The notes below the pieces were generated by a model, which saw nothing but the letters and a program-made list of their open reading frames with translations, was not told where the DNA came from and did not search any database. Positions 16,652 through 28,339 of a DNA stretch of 30,534 bases are shown here, piece by piece; positions within the stretch are counted from its first letter, which is position 1, and every line of letters begins with the position of its first letter. Origin of the DNA: a virus (taxonomy: Duplodnaviria > Caudoviricetes); IMG/VR virus record IMGVR_UViG_3300032305_001926, positions 1 through 30,534 of that record; one strand, written 5' to 3'. The position numbers and the translations under genes are program-made.

Positions 16652-17599
16652 TTAAAACACACTTTTATCACAAAATTCTTTTTTAGAAGAAAAAGGACAA
16701 TACTTACAGTTCCAATCTGATGGATTTGCTTTATACTCTATATCTTTTATAGTCCCATCAGTATTAAAGACATTTTCAATAAAATTATTTACAGCGTTAA
16801 TTGCTTTTTTAGTTTTTATTTTACCTGATGGAGGTACATAAATTTGAACTCGTTTTTGTGGAAAATCAGACTCAGCATATATTTTACGTTTAACAATAAA
16901 AAATTCTATTTCAACATGATCTGGATCTATATTGAAATGTTTACTTAAATATTCTTTATATAATATTAACTGATATTGTTTAGACTCATCTTTTTTCTCT
17001 TTATCACTCCACCCTCTAGTTGATGTTTTAATATCGATAATTTTGATAGTATTTGTAGGTTCATGATATAATACAAGATCAAGATATCCTTTATATAATA
17101 CATTTTTAAACGTCTTATTTGGTGTTATTACAAGTGGGATTTCACAACCTACTAAATACCATCCACGTTTACTAAAATAATCTGATTTATATTTTTTAAC
17201 CCAAGATATTATTTCTAATCCATCATCATGAAATTCTCTTAATTCCTGAGATGATGAAAAATGAGTATTATTGTTTTGTTTATAAGTTATCTGATATTGT
17301 TCTATAAATTTATTTTTAAAATATTCTTCAATATCAAACTTATCAGCTTCAACACCACTTTTTTCATATAATATAGTTAAATAATGTTGAAGAGCCTCAT
17401 GTACCGCAATTCCAAATATAGTATGGATACTAAATGAGGGTATAGTTATACCTTCTTTATATTGTAATTTCCATTTATAAGCACAACTATTATATATAGT
17501 CATCTGACTATAAGATATACTACGTTGGTAAGCATAGTTTATCTCAGTTAATTGTTGCTGTTGAATTTGTTTTACTATTTTAGGTAATGATTTACTCAT
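16652..17599 (-). CDS. PD-(D/E)XK nuclease (RecB/AddB/Cas4-like, probable Fe-S cluster)
   Basis: ISYSQ....C, G.AVH, E.P, GYLDL, IIDIKT, QL.LY, C-terminal CKYC.{8}C. Confidence 0.85.
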   Translation of the reverse strand: MSKSLPKIVKQIQQQQLTEINYAYQRSISYSQMTIYNSCAYKWKLQYKEGITIPSFSIHTIFGIAVHEALQHYLTILYEKSGVEADKFDIEEYFKNKFIEQYQITYKQNNNTHFSSSQELREFHDDGLEIISWVKKYKSDYFSKRGWYLVGCEIPLVITPNKTFKNVLYKGYLDLVLYHEPTNTIKIIDIKTSTRGWSDKEKKDESKQYQLILYKEYLSKHFNIDPDHVEIEFFIVKRKIYAESDFPQKRVQIYVPPSGKIKTKKAINAVNNFIENVFNTDGTIKDIEYKANPSDWNCKYCPFSSKKEFCDKSVF

Positions 17600-17850
17600 T
17601 TGCTGTATGTGTTTCTAATAACTGCTCCTAACTCCATATTGTTAGGATATTGTTTAACTAAATCCTGTATAGTATTTAATGTGGTTATTTCTTTTTTTAA
17701 ATATTGAGCAAGATCAAGTGCCTCTTCATATCCATGTTGAAGCATATTTTGATGGTTGTTTTCTGATAGTGTTGTATTATATTTTTTAATACCACGTTCG
17801 CTTCTTGATTTTAAATCTTCGATAACGGCTTCTGTAATTTTGTCTCTCAT
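17596..17850 (-). CDS. small MazG-like (all-alpha) NTP pyrophosphohydrolase
   Basis: RSERGIKKYNTTL...LQHGYEEALD...Y with EExxD. Confidence 0.6.
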   Translation of the reverse strand: MRDKITEAVIEDLKSRSERGIKKYNTTLSENNHQNMLQHGYEEALDLAQYLKKEITTLNTIQDLVKQYPNNMELGAVIRNTYSK

Positions 17851-18287
17851 TTTAATACTTCTTTTATTTTTTTATCATCAATACCAAAACCATATAATAT
17901 ATCTTTAATTTGTTCTTTACTAAGTAAATCTAAATACTCACTTACTTCTTTATTTGAACATTCAAAATATAAAGTCATATAGTTTATTAATTCTTTATTT
18001 TTTGAACTAGAACTTGATTTAATATATTTGTTCCAAATTTTTTTCTTAGGTACTAAGCCACAATATATTTTATAATATTTTTCTTTATCAGCAATAGGAA
18101 TCATTTGTATATAATTAATCAATTCTAAATAATCTTTATTCATACTTAATAATCGATTAATCATATACGGTTCAAATGATTTTTTCTGTTCATTTGAAAA
18201 TGAATCCCATGAAGTCTTATTGTATGTAACTTCTTGAAGCCAATCAAATATTGTAAATTTATTTGCTTGCTTTTTGGTACTCAGCAT
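17847..18287 (-). CDS. clamp loader small subunit (T4 gp62-like)
   Basis: PYMINRLLSM..D....N..Q...Y.....PKKK.W.KY; position next to the clamp loader ATPase. Confidence 0.7.
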   Translation of the reverse strand: MLSTKKQANKFTIFDWLQEVTYNKTSWDSFSNEQKKSFEPYMINRLLSMNKDYLELINYIQMIPIADKEKYYKIYCGLVPKKKIWNKYIKSSSSSKNKELINYMTLYFECSNKEVSEYLDLLSKEQIKDILYGFGIDDKKIKEVLK

Positions 18288-18516
18288 ATTCTTCTCTTAA
18301 ATCTTTAGGTAAAGTGTCAAGTAAAATTTCACCAGTTTTAACATCATAAAAACATGGTACTGGGATTACTCCATCTTCTGATGTGCCAGTTAAAAACTTA
18401 GAGATTTTTCTTAACACAAAACCTTCTGTGAATACATGATTTCCATCTTCTGATGTTACAGGTTGAGTATTTTTTAAGTCAATGTTTACTTTTAAATCTT
18501 GTGATTGGGTGTTCAT
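18259..18516 (-). CDS. hypothetical protein (85 aa) between the clamp loader subunits
   Basis: ORF track; translationally coupled overlaps with both neighbours. Confidence 0.7.
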   Translation of the reverse strand: MNTQSQDLKVNIDLKNTQPVTSEDGNHVFTEGFVLRKISKFLTGTSEDGVIPVPCFYDVKTGEILLDTLPKDLREEYAEYQKASK

Positions 18517-19447
18517 ATTATTTTCTTTGTTTGAATTGTTTGAAGTATTTTACTTATTGTTGCCATTATGTTAATTTCTTTATCTAAAACAGATTGAGCT
18601 CTATACATGCTTTCTTCTATAGTTATTATTAATTCACCATCATTACCTTTAGAATACTTAGATAAGTTATCATATAAGTATCTATATAAGTCAGTAAAAT
18701 CTTCTACATCACTATTAGCTATAATCTGTCTGATATTAATTAACGATGAAGTATTTGGTTTTACTAACTCACCTAAAACTTTTTCTTGATATTCATTATC
18801 AACTCCAGATAAGTTTTCTAATTTTAGAACTCCATTAACTGTATATTTTTGACAGTTATTGATTATTTTTCTAAAATCTGGATAGAATTTTTTAATTAAT
18901 AAAACAATATCCTCAACTGTATGCTCTATATTTTCATTATTTAAAATACCATCAATGTGTTTAGCAATTATTTTTTTAGTTGGAGGTTGTAAATCAAATT
19001 CTTGACATCTACTTCTAAGTGGTTCTATTAATCGTTCTGGGTAATTACCTGTTAATATAAATCTAGTTGTTAAACTAAATGTTTCCATCATGTTTAACAA
19101 TATAACTTGAGATGCTTGAAGTAAATGAGTAGCTTCATCTAATATCACTATTTTAAGCGGTTTAAATGAACCAGCAGATGCAAACTTACCTACTTTATCT
19201 CGCATCACATCCATACCTCTTTCATCAGTAGCATTAATATATAAGTAATCACAATCAATATTATTTACTAATATTTTAGCTAATGTAGTTTTACCAGCCC
19301 CTGGTTTACCAGCAAATAATAAATGGGGTATGTCTTGATTAGTAATAAACTCCTGAAATTTAATTTTATTCTCTTCAGTACAAATATATGTATCTAAAGA
19401 TTCAGGACGATATTTTTCGTTTAATATATAATGTTTTTTATTTATCA

Positions 19448-19448
<1 letters not shown>
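18513..19448 (-). CDS. clamp loader AAA+ ATPase (T4 gp44 / RFC small subunit-like)
   Basis: EKYRP, Walker A GKPGAGKTT, Walker B ILDEA, SRC motif LRSRC, PDFRK..N. Confidence 0.93.
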
Positions 19449-21386
<1,938 letters not shown>

Positions 21387-21389
21387 AAT

Positions 21390-21731
21390 TTATATTCCTA
21401 CGTTAATAATTTGATTTAATTCATCTTTAACTCGATTATATTCTTTAATATACGATTTAATACTATTGTATTCTTTAGTATGATTAATTTTTAGTTTAGC
21501 TATACCATTTAAACAGTTTCCAAACTGAGTATAGTATCCATGAGATTTGTAAGTTATTTTGTCTTTATTATCATCTGTGACAACTTTTTTTCTACCTCGT
21601 TTAGGTTTGGTATTTTCATCTGTAGTACATGCTTCCCATAAAGTAAATGAATTACTGTCCTTAGAGATAAAATAAGGTTCAATTGATGGGTCTTTGATTA
21701 ATGTAGCGGTTTTAAATAATTCTATTTCCAT
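21390..21731 (-). CDS. hypothetical protein with KRGRK basic motif (start re-assigned to ATG 21731)
   Basis: The promoter at 21747-21778 overlaps the ORF-track start (21758); AAAAGTT-ATG leader at 21731. Confidence 0.7.
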   Translation of the reverse strand: MEIELFKTATLIKDPSIEPYFISKDSNSFTLWEACTTDENTKPKRGRKKVVTDDNKDKITYKSHGYYTQFGNCLNGIAKLKINHTKEYNSIKSYIKEYNRVKDELNQIINVGI

Positions 21732-21746
21732 AACTTTTGTTTTTAT

Positions 21747-21778
21747 ATAATATAACATTGTTTTGTTGAGAAACCAAG
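21747..21778 (-). promoter_or_regulatory. putative -33/-7 promoter for the groESL/clamp loader operon
   Basis: CTTGG-N19-TATATTAT. Confidence 0.7.
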
Positions 21779-22510
21779 TTATTCTTGTTTTCTTACAATA
21801 AAATATGTCACTTCTAACACATCATCATAATTAAAGTAAAGTTTTATTAATCCTTCACTAAATATATTAAGTGTAGTTAATTCCGCTGTTTTATTAGCAC
21901 TTAATATTTCTTTTAATATATCTGCATCAAATGGTAAAGATATTGGTGAATTTACAATAGCAGGTATTGAATATGTTATTTTATTTGAGTATTCACTAAT
22001 ATCACCTAATATAAATTCTAATATGTTATCTCCATTAAAATCCATATTACTGTTAATTATAATATGGTTTGTATCAGGTAAAGCAGATTTAGCTTTAATT
22101 AAAGCAGAAATTTGTTCTTCATTTAATGATGTTTCAACATTATAGCTTGATGGTTCATCTACTTTTCCTACTTTACCTATAAGTAAAGTATCAGCTAAAG
22201 CATATGTTAAATCATACTGATTGTCTTGAAGGTTTAAACGATTAGCTACACCATGATGCTTTACTATATTCAATAATAAAGTACCTTGAGTTATACTTAT
22301 CAATTTATTTAATTGAGTTGTATTGAAAATGGCTAATTCAGTATCTTGTATTTTTAATCCTTTAAATTTAAGTTCACCAATCATATCTCGAGTTGGTAAC
22401 ATAAAATTAATACTTAGTGTTTCATCTTTTATAGACCATTTTACAGCCTCAATCATACCATTCAAGTAATATTTTGAGATAATATTCTGTAGTGTTAGTT
22501 TATTTATCAT
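21779..22510 (-). CDS. DNA polymerase sliding clamp (T4 gp45/PCNA-like)
   Basis: 243 aa beta-rich protein between polB and the clamp loader; ELAIFN..QL.KLI, Y.LAD...I, GLIKL.F.......YFIV. Confidence 0.7.
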   Translation of the reverse strand: MINKLTLQNIISKYYLNGMIEAVKWSIKDETLSINFMLPTRDMIGELKFKGLKIQDTELAIFNTTQLNKLISITQGTLLLNIVKHHGVANRLNLQDNQYDLTYALADTLLIGKVGKVDEPSSYNVETSLNEEQISALIKAKSALPDTNHIIINSNMDFNGDNILEFILGDISEYSNKITYSIPAIVNSPISLPFDADILKEILSANKTAELTTLNIFSEGLIKLYFNYDDVLEVTYFIVRKQE

Positions 22511-22523
22511 AACTTATTTTTAT

Positions 22524-22555
22524 TTAATATAACTTAAAAAACTTGGGGATACAAG
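22524..22555 (-). promoter_or_regulatory. putative -33/-7 promoter
   Basis: CTTGT-N19-TATATTAA. Confidence 0.65.
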
Positions 22556-22598
22556 CTTTATATTTTTACTATTATAAAGCCATTTCTATTATAAATAT

Positions 22599-25181
22599 TT
22601 AAAATTTAAAAAATTTAGTTATATTTTCATTTAATGACGGAAAACTCCAATTTAAATCCTTGTATAGTTCTTTTAATTTATTTAATAATAGTGATTCAAA
22701 AATTTCATCTACATCAATAAACTCCTTAACAAACTTTTCTATTTCTTCAGGTACTTTAGCATTTGGTAAACCTATTGTTTCTAATTTATAAACGTTAGGT
22801 TTTAGGTTAATAATAAATATTTTATCACCTTCAATAATTGATTCATATTTAGTATCAAGTTTTTTAAACCTTAATAAATCATTATATCTAACAGCTGCTT
22901 TAGTATTAGCAGGTGCTTTAGTTCTAAATGAACTAAACATTTCTCCTGCTCGAGGTGGGATGTAATATGCTCCCATTTGTTTAACACCCATTGGTTTACC
23001 TAACTGTCTTGGATCTAATGTTTTAAGTGTTTTATAAAAATTAATAATGTCTGTATCAATATCTATTTTGTTTTTACCAAATAATATATTTTTAATGAAT
23101 TGTTCTCCAAATGATTTAAACAATTTATTCATATTAGACTTCATTAATTCAAGTCCTTTCATGTCTAATTCTTCAACATTAACACCTTCTTTATTAGTAA
23201 CATACATTGCATAACGACGTTTACCTGTTGTTAACACACCAGCACATATTACTTCTTGTTTTAATTGGAAATAGTGAGTATCTGGTTTAATATTGTAAAG
23301 ACTTTTACTTATACGATTTAAATCATCATTTGCTTCATTTTGTATTTCTGATGCTATTTCTAGTATTTTATTATTTTTGTCTTTAAGATCTAGATTTGGG
23401 TATCTATGTCTAATCAAATCACCTAATATTATGTACATAGAATCTGTATCTGAGATGCAAATATGTTGTTTTTTAATTCCTAATTCATTATTTATTTTAT
23501 TATTTATAAAATTAATAGATTCACATGTTAACCTTTGTCCACTATTAGTAATACCAGCACTACATATTAAATGACCATCAGTATATCTCCATCCTGATTT
23601 AGCAAATGTACCATACATAGCGTTTTGTAAAATTTTAAAAGCATGTTGAAATAAATCATATGACTTATAACTAGCCCAATCTTCTTCTTTACCTGCTTTT
23701 TTCTTTAAACCACGATAATGTTCTCGTTTTTCAAACCAACCTTCTAATATTTTTGCTACTACACTTTGTTCATCTGTTCTAAACATAGCCCCAGATGCTG
23801 CTACAGTATATTCATTTGTTTCAATTAAATCTATTAATGTCCCTAACTTAATTTTAGCTGTTTTAAGTGTATAGTTTGTTTTATCTAATTTTTCAACAGT
23901 CACTAATTCATTTGGATCTCGTTTTTTAAGTTTTTCTAAACTATGATTTTGTTCATAATTTGGATTATGATCTACTTTAATTCTACCTACTAATGTTTCA
24001 ATACCTAAATTTAATGATTTAATAATTGAAGGATACAGTGAGGTAAAGTCCAAATCAATAACATCAAAATATAAACCAGGTATTGGTTCTAATAAATAAC
24101 CACCAGCATATGTTTCTTTAAAATGTTTTAAAGATTGATTATGAGTTGTAGGTTTATTAGGTGAAACTATACCTTCACGTTTCAAATACTTTAAGATAGC
24201 ACCCTCATTCATAACTGTATTCCAGTAAATACTTTCATATGGAATATTACAAATATGAGAAATCATAATTGTTAAATCAATAAATTTAAGTTTACCTTCT
24301 AATGCTTCAACAATTTCAACATCTCGTAAGTTATAATCAATAAACTTTTCTGGGTCATCTCTGAATAATGTATTTAGGTTACCTTCATATTCAATCTTAC
24401 CTAAACTAACATATTTAAGACCTATATCACCTAATTTATATGATGGTTCTTCCTTCATAATATATTTTTTATGAAGTAACATATAATCTAAATGATTTAT
24501 ACCTGCTATACTAATTTGATTTTCACCATTAAATTCACGTTCATCTATAATACCAAGTGGAGATAAACGATTTACATCATTACCTACAACACTTCGTATT
24601 CTATAATATAGATAAGGTATATCAAAATATTCTGAATTCCATCCAACTAATATTGTTGGATCTAGTTCTTTAAATTTATCTATAAACCGTTTAATAAGTT
24701 CTCTTTCAGAACCACAAGGTATAATAAGTTTATCTCCAGTGTTTATTTCTTTAATTTGATTTGTTTTATCAACCACAAAACATATTTTTTGTTTAGTAGT
24801 AATATCAATTAAAGCAATTGATGTTATAGGCATAGGAGCAGATTTAATATAACTAGGTGTTAATGCTCCTCCTATTTCAATCTCAATATCTATATAAACT
24901 ATATTTTGATATAAAGGTACTATATCATCAAATTGATAATACAATTCTCGAAGCGCAAGTAATTTCTTATCTATATCTTTTTCTAATAGATTTGGATCAT
25001 TTTTATCTAGTTTTTTTGTAGGTACAGCCCATCCACCAGTTAATATAGGTTGAGCTCCTTCTCTCCATTCAGATACTCGTTTCCAATAAGTAGGTTGAAA
25101 TTGAAATTCCATCCAACCTTGTTTATCATCACGAATGTGATAATTGTAAGTTCGATAATTATAATAAATTGATTGATACAA
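22599..25181 (-). CDS. family B DNA polymerase (T4 gp43-like), TTG start
   Basis: Exo motifs DIEIE, GWNSEYFDIPY, YNLRDV; pol motifs DFTSLYPS, K...NAMYG, DTDS, KRRYA; the AAAAGTT leader supports the TTG start. Confidence 0.96.
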   Translation of the reverse strand: MYQSIYYNYRTYNYHIRDDKQGWMEFQFQPTYWKRVSEWREGAQPILTGGWAVPTKKLDKNDPNLLEKDIDKKLLALRELYYQFDDIVPLYQNIVYIDIEIEIGGALTPSYIKSAPMPITSIALIDITTKQKICFVVDKTNQIKEINTGDKLIIPCGSERELIKRFIDKFKELDPTILVGWNSEYFDIPYLYYRIRSVVGNDVNRLSPLGIIDEREFNGENQISIAGINHLDYMLLHKKYIMKEEPSYKLGDIGLKYVSLGKIEYEGNLNTLFRDDPEKFIDYNLRDVEIVEALEGKLKFIDLTIMISHICNIPYESIYWNTVMNEGAILKYLKREGIVSPNKPTTHNQSLKHFKETYAGGYLLEPIPGLYFDVIDLDFTSLYPSIIKSLNLGIETLVGRIKVDHNPNYEQNHSLEKLKKRDPNELVTVEKLDKTNYTLKTAKIKLGTLIDLIETNEYTVAASGAMFRTDEQSVVAKILEGWFEKREHYRGLKKKAGKEEDWASYKSYDLFQHAFKILQNAMYGTFAKSGWRYTDGHLICSAGITNSGQRLTCESINFINNKINNELGIKKQHICISDTDSMYIILGDLIRHRYPNLDLKDKNNKILEIASEIQNEANDDLNRISKSLYNIKPDTHYFQLKQEVICAGVLTTGKRRYAMYVTNKEGVNVEELDMKGLELMKSNMNKLFKSFGEQFIKNILFGKNKIDIDTDIINFYKTLKTLDPRQLGKPMGVKQMGAYYIPPRAGEMFSSFRTKAPANTKAAVRYNDLLRFKKLDTKYESIIEGDKIFIINLKPNVYKLETIGLPNAKVPEEIEKFVKEFIDVDEIFESLLLNKLKELYKDLNWSFPSLNENITKFFKF

Positions 25182-25209
25182 AACTTTTATTTATTTAAAT
25201 ATTAATATA

Positions 25210-25241
25210 TAAAGATAAGAAAAGCTCCCTAAGGAGCCAAT
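25210..25241 (-). promoter_or_regulatory. putative -33/-7 promoter for polB
   Basis: ATTGG-N19-TATCTTTA. Confidence 0.6.
25220..25237 (-). terminator. intrinsic terminator after the fibre gene, embedded in the polB promoter spacer
   Basis: GCTCC-ttag-GGAGC-TTTT. Confidence 0.65.
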
Positions 25242-25259
25242 CTTACTTTATTTTTATTT

Positions 25260-27611
25260 TTAAGCTACTTGAGTAACTGTTGCTATTATTGAAGGAATTG
25301 CAGGTATGTTTCCTGAGGATGCAAAATATTGAAATTGAACATTGTTTTGATCAGTTTGGTATACTATTTCAGCATATGAACCTGAGGTAAATGTATCTAC
25401 AAAGTTCCATGCTGCTACTCCATAATCAGAAGTACCTATATCTACTTGTGTAGCTGAATTCGCTATATTTGTTCCATTCTTTTTAAACCAAATATAAACA
25501 TTAGTGTTATTAGTAGGAGTATACATTTGAGCTGAGAATTGAATATTGTATGTACCTGTATTAGCAAATGTTATTCTACTACCACTTACAACAGATATAC
25601 CACTTGATGTTATTTGAGAACTATATATAAATGAACCAGATACATTTTGTGTAGGTAATATACTTGCTGTATGGAAAAGAGATATATAGTTAAATTGTTT
25701 TTGACCATTAATAAAAAACCCAGAATCAACTCCACTGGTTAATCTTAATGAACCTGTTATTGTTTGATTACCAATAGATACTGATGAACCTGTAAAGAAT
25801 TGAGAACCAGTTATTGTAAATGTTGTGTTATTAAATGTAGCTGATCCACTAACTATAATACTACCACTTAATACTGTATTTCCAGTAATAATATTTGAAC
25901 CAGATAAAATATGAGTACCTACAAATGAAGTTGAGCCACTTACATTTAATGAACTAGTTATTGTTACTGGAGCATTTATACTTACTAATGATGAGGTAAA
26001 TGTTGATAATGATTGAGAAACATAAGTAATAGTATTTGTATTACCTGTTGGATCAATAATACCTGATATAAACCCAATATTAATTAAATCAGAACTAAAA
26101 TTAGTATCTGTAGGACCATTTAAAAATATAGATATTCCATTTGATAAATCATTTTGAGATAAATTAGATTTAACATACCATCCAGTATTTACACTACCTG
26201 AATTGTAAATATATAACTTATAAGATTGAGGTGTACTACTTAATGGTAATAAATTTATTTGAGGAGGATTTGAAACTAAAATATTAAAATTATTATAAGA
26301 ATTATTATCAAGTGAAGCAGTATAAACAGAACTAACTTCAGTTTCACCACTTCCACTTACACCAGAATAATATATATCAAAATTTGAATTCCATAGATTA
26401 CTACCAACAGTTGAAGCTAAAGATATAGCTCCCCTGAAATCAGCTGTTGTAGATTCATTTGAACTACTAAGTGAAGATGATAATGAAGAACTAGCTATAA
26501 ATAATCTTCTTCCATCTAAAGTATTAATTAATAATGAACCTGTCATTTCAGCTGTACCTACATTTTTAAATGTAGATGATCCTGATCTTAATAATGAACC
26601 TGTAATAGTGACACTACCTGTTATATTTTGTATTCCTATAAAATTATTTGAACCAGTATTAGCAAATGTAGTTGAAGTTCTATTATTAAATAATGATGAA
26701 TTTGTTGAAAATGAAGAACTTATAGCTCTAGAAGAAGACACGGCTTGTGAAGCACTAGTAGCGAATGAAGCTGAAGTAGCATTAGTAGCAAATGAAGCTG
26801 AAGTAGCATTAGTAGCAGTATCAGCATTTGTAGCATTTGTAGCAATTAAAGCTGTTGTAGCTAAAGTAGCATTAGTTGCGTTAGTCGCATTAGTTGCATT
26901 AGTTGCTATCTCTGCTATCAATGAATATGAAGATGTAATAGCAATAGATGATGTTAAAGCATATGATGCTGAAGTAGCATTAGTAGCATTAACTGCGTTA
27001 GTGGCTAAAGCAGCATTAGTCGCATTAGTCGCGTTAGTAGCATTAAGCGCTGTTAAAGCATATGATGCCGTGCCTAATAATGAGCTAGTTACACCTTGTG
27101 TTACAGTTAATGAACCTGTAATAACACTTATAGAACCACTACTATATATGCTAGAACTTATTAATGATTGATTTCCATTTGATACAGGGACTCTAAATTG
27201 AGGAATAAATGCTTCTGAACCTAATCCTCCAGTACTTATAGGACCTGTTAATAATACAGCGCTACTAGTAACAGAACCAGTCACATTTCTATATATCCAA
27301 TGTTTATTAGTTGAGTCCCAAGCAAGAGATGATGTAGCTATAAAAGATCCAGTATTTAAAACATCATAAAAACCATAACGAATAATAGGAGTTAAAACAG
27401 TAATTCCAAAATTAGAAGAACTAATTGTTGTTATTGATGAACTTAAACTTGTTACTATTCCTAATACAGATAAATTACCTTGTATTGTTTGATTACCAGT
27501 AAATATATTTGATCCCGTAGTAGCATAAGATTGAGATAATGTTATAAAATTACCATCTAATTCATTATAGGTTAATGGAGAACCTTTAATATTTCTTAAA
27601 GTTATTGGCAT
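25260..27611 (-). CDS. Ser/Thr/Asn-rich virion fibre or adhesin with probable C1q/TNF-like C-terminal domain
   Basis: N-terminus ITLRNIKGSPLTYNELDGNF (phage fibre attachment-like); repeated TGS/SGS strands; ATN repeats; C-terminal beta domain G.YNIQFSAQ...IWFKKNG...WNF...IPSII.TV.Q. Confidence 0.75.
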   Translation of the reverse strand: MPITLRNIKGSPLTYNELDGNFITLSQSYATTGSNIFTGNQTIQGNLSVLGIVTSLSSSITTISSSNFGITVLTPIIRYGFYDVLNTGSFIATSSLAWDSTNKHWIYRNVTGSVTSSAVLLTGPISTGGLGSEAFIPQFRVPVSNGNQSLISSSIYSSGSISVITGSLTVTQGVTSSLLGTASYALTALNATNATNATNAALATNAVNATNATSASYALTSSIAITSSYSLIAEIATNATNATNATNATLATTALIATNATNADTATNATSASFATNATSASFATSASQAVSSSRAISSSFSTNSSLFNNRTSTTFANTGSNNFIGIQNITGSVTITGSLLRSGSSTFKNVGTAEMTGSLLINTLDGRRLFIASSSLSSSLSSSNESTTADFRGAISLASTVGSNLWNSNFDIYYSGVSGSGETEVSSVYTASLDNNSYNNFNILVSNPPQINLLPLSSTPQSYKLYIYNSGSVNTGWYVKSNLSQNDLSNGISIFLNGPTDTNFSSDLINIGFISGIIDPTGNTNTITYVSQSLSTFTSSLVSINAPVTITSSLNVSGSTSFVGTHILSGSNIITGNTVLSGSIIVSGSATFNNTTFTITGSQFFTGSSVSIGNQTITGSLRLTSGVDSGFFINGQKQFNYISLFHTASILPTQNVSGSFIYSSQITSSGISVVSGSRITFANTGTYNIQFSAQMYTPTNNTNVYIWFKKNGTNIANSATQVDIGTSDYGVAAWNFVDTFTSGSYAEIVYQTDQNNVQFQYFASSGNIPAIPSIIATVTQVA
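26760..27050 (-). repeat. in-frame 9-bp (Ala-Thr-Asn) tandem repeats, including an exact 27-bp duplication at 26764-26817
   Basis: Plus-strand gcattagt(a/c/t) units; aatgaagctgaagtagcattagtagca occurs twice in tandem. Confidence 0.9.
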
Positions 27612-27661
27612 AATTAGAATTATTATTTATATATAAATATTATAAAAATAACGGTTATAAC

Positions 27662-27688
27662 AAAAAAGCTTACCATAATGGTAAGCTT
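27662..27688 (-). terminator. intrinsic terminator ending the folE/HPRT/GT operon
   Basis: Perfect 10-bp inverted repeat AAGCTTACCA-tta-TGGTAAGCTT followed by a T-run on the minus strand. Confidence 0.85.
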
Positions 27689-27691
27689 AAT

Positions 27692-28330
27692 TTAATTATA
27701 ATTTTTCCAATTAGTTTTTTGAACATGGTTTCCAAAATAACCATTATTATCTAACATGGTTTCTTGAGAAAAACAAGTAAAATTAATTTGTTTTTTTATT
27801 AACCACTCTGTTAAACCAAACGGACCTACAGGTTCTAATTTATGAGTTATTAATTGTTTTGTTTCAATATAATGTTCACCATCTTTTTTTAAATCAGTTC
27901 TATCCAAACAATAATGTATACAATCTTTAAAAATATGGGGTTTGCTGATTATAAATGGGTCATCCATCAATGGACCTATATTATCTTCATATATATAGCT
28001 ATTCACTAAATATGATAATATAATGTCCCTTTGATAGAAATTAAAATCAGACATTATTTTAGTAAATGGTATTTTCCATGTAATATCAAAATCTGTATAT
28101 ATTCCTCCAAATTTATCTAAAACAAGGTATTTTAATAAATTACATTTACATATAAAAGTTAATGCTGACCATGAGTCTAATAATTTATAAGATTCAAGTA
28201 ACTTTAAACTACTTTTATTATCCCAAATAATAAATTCAAATCTAGGATTTAATTTAGCACATTGTTGATAATTAATAATATACTGTTGAGGAATGACATC
28301 ATTACCGATCCAAATATAATGAACCTTCAT
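27692..28330 (-). CDS. DXD-motif glycosyltransferase (GT32 / OCH1 / Gly_transf_sug-like)
   Basis: KVHYIWIG, LNP.FE...WD, KC..L.Y.VL..FGGIY.D.D, GPFGLT. Confidence 0.85.
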   Translation of the reverse strand: MKVHYIWIGNDVIPQQYIINYQQCAKLNPRFEFIIWDNKSSLKLLESYKLLDSWSALTFICKCNLLKYLVLDKFGGIYTDFDITWKIPFTKIMSDFNFYQRDIILSYLVNSYIYEDNIGPLMDDPFIISKPHIFKDCIHYCLDRTDLKKDGEHYIETKQLITHKLEPVGPFGLTEWLIKKQINFTCFSQETMLDNNGYFGNHVQKTNWKNYN

Positions 28331-28339
28331 TAGTTTTTA

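Noticed and set aside
26760-27050. Possible CRISPR array or DGR repeat
   Set aside because: Repeats are in-frame 9/27-bp tandem units without spacers; no cas operon or reverse transcriptase in the window.
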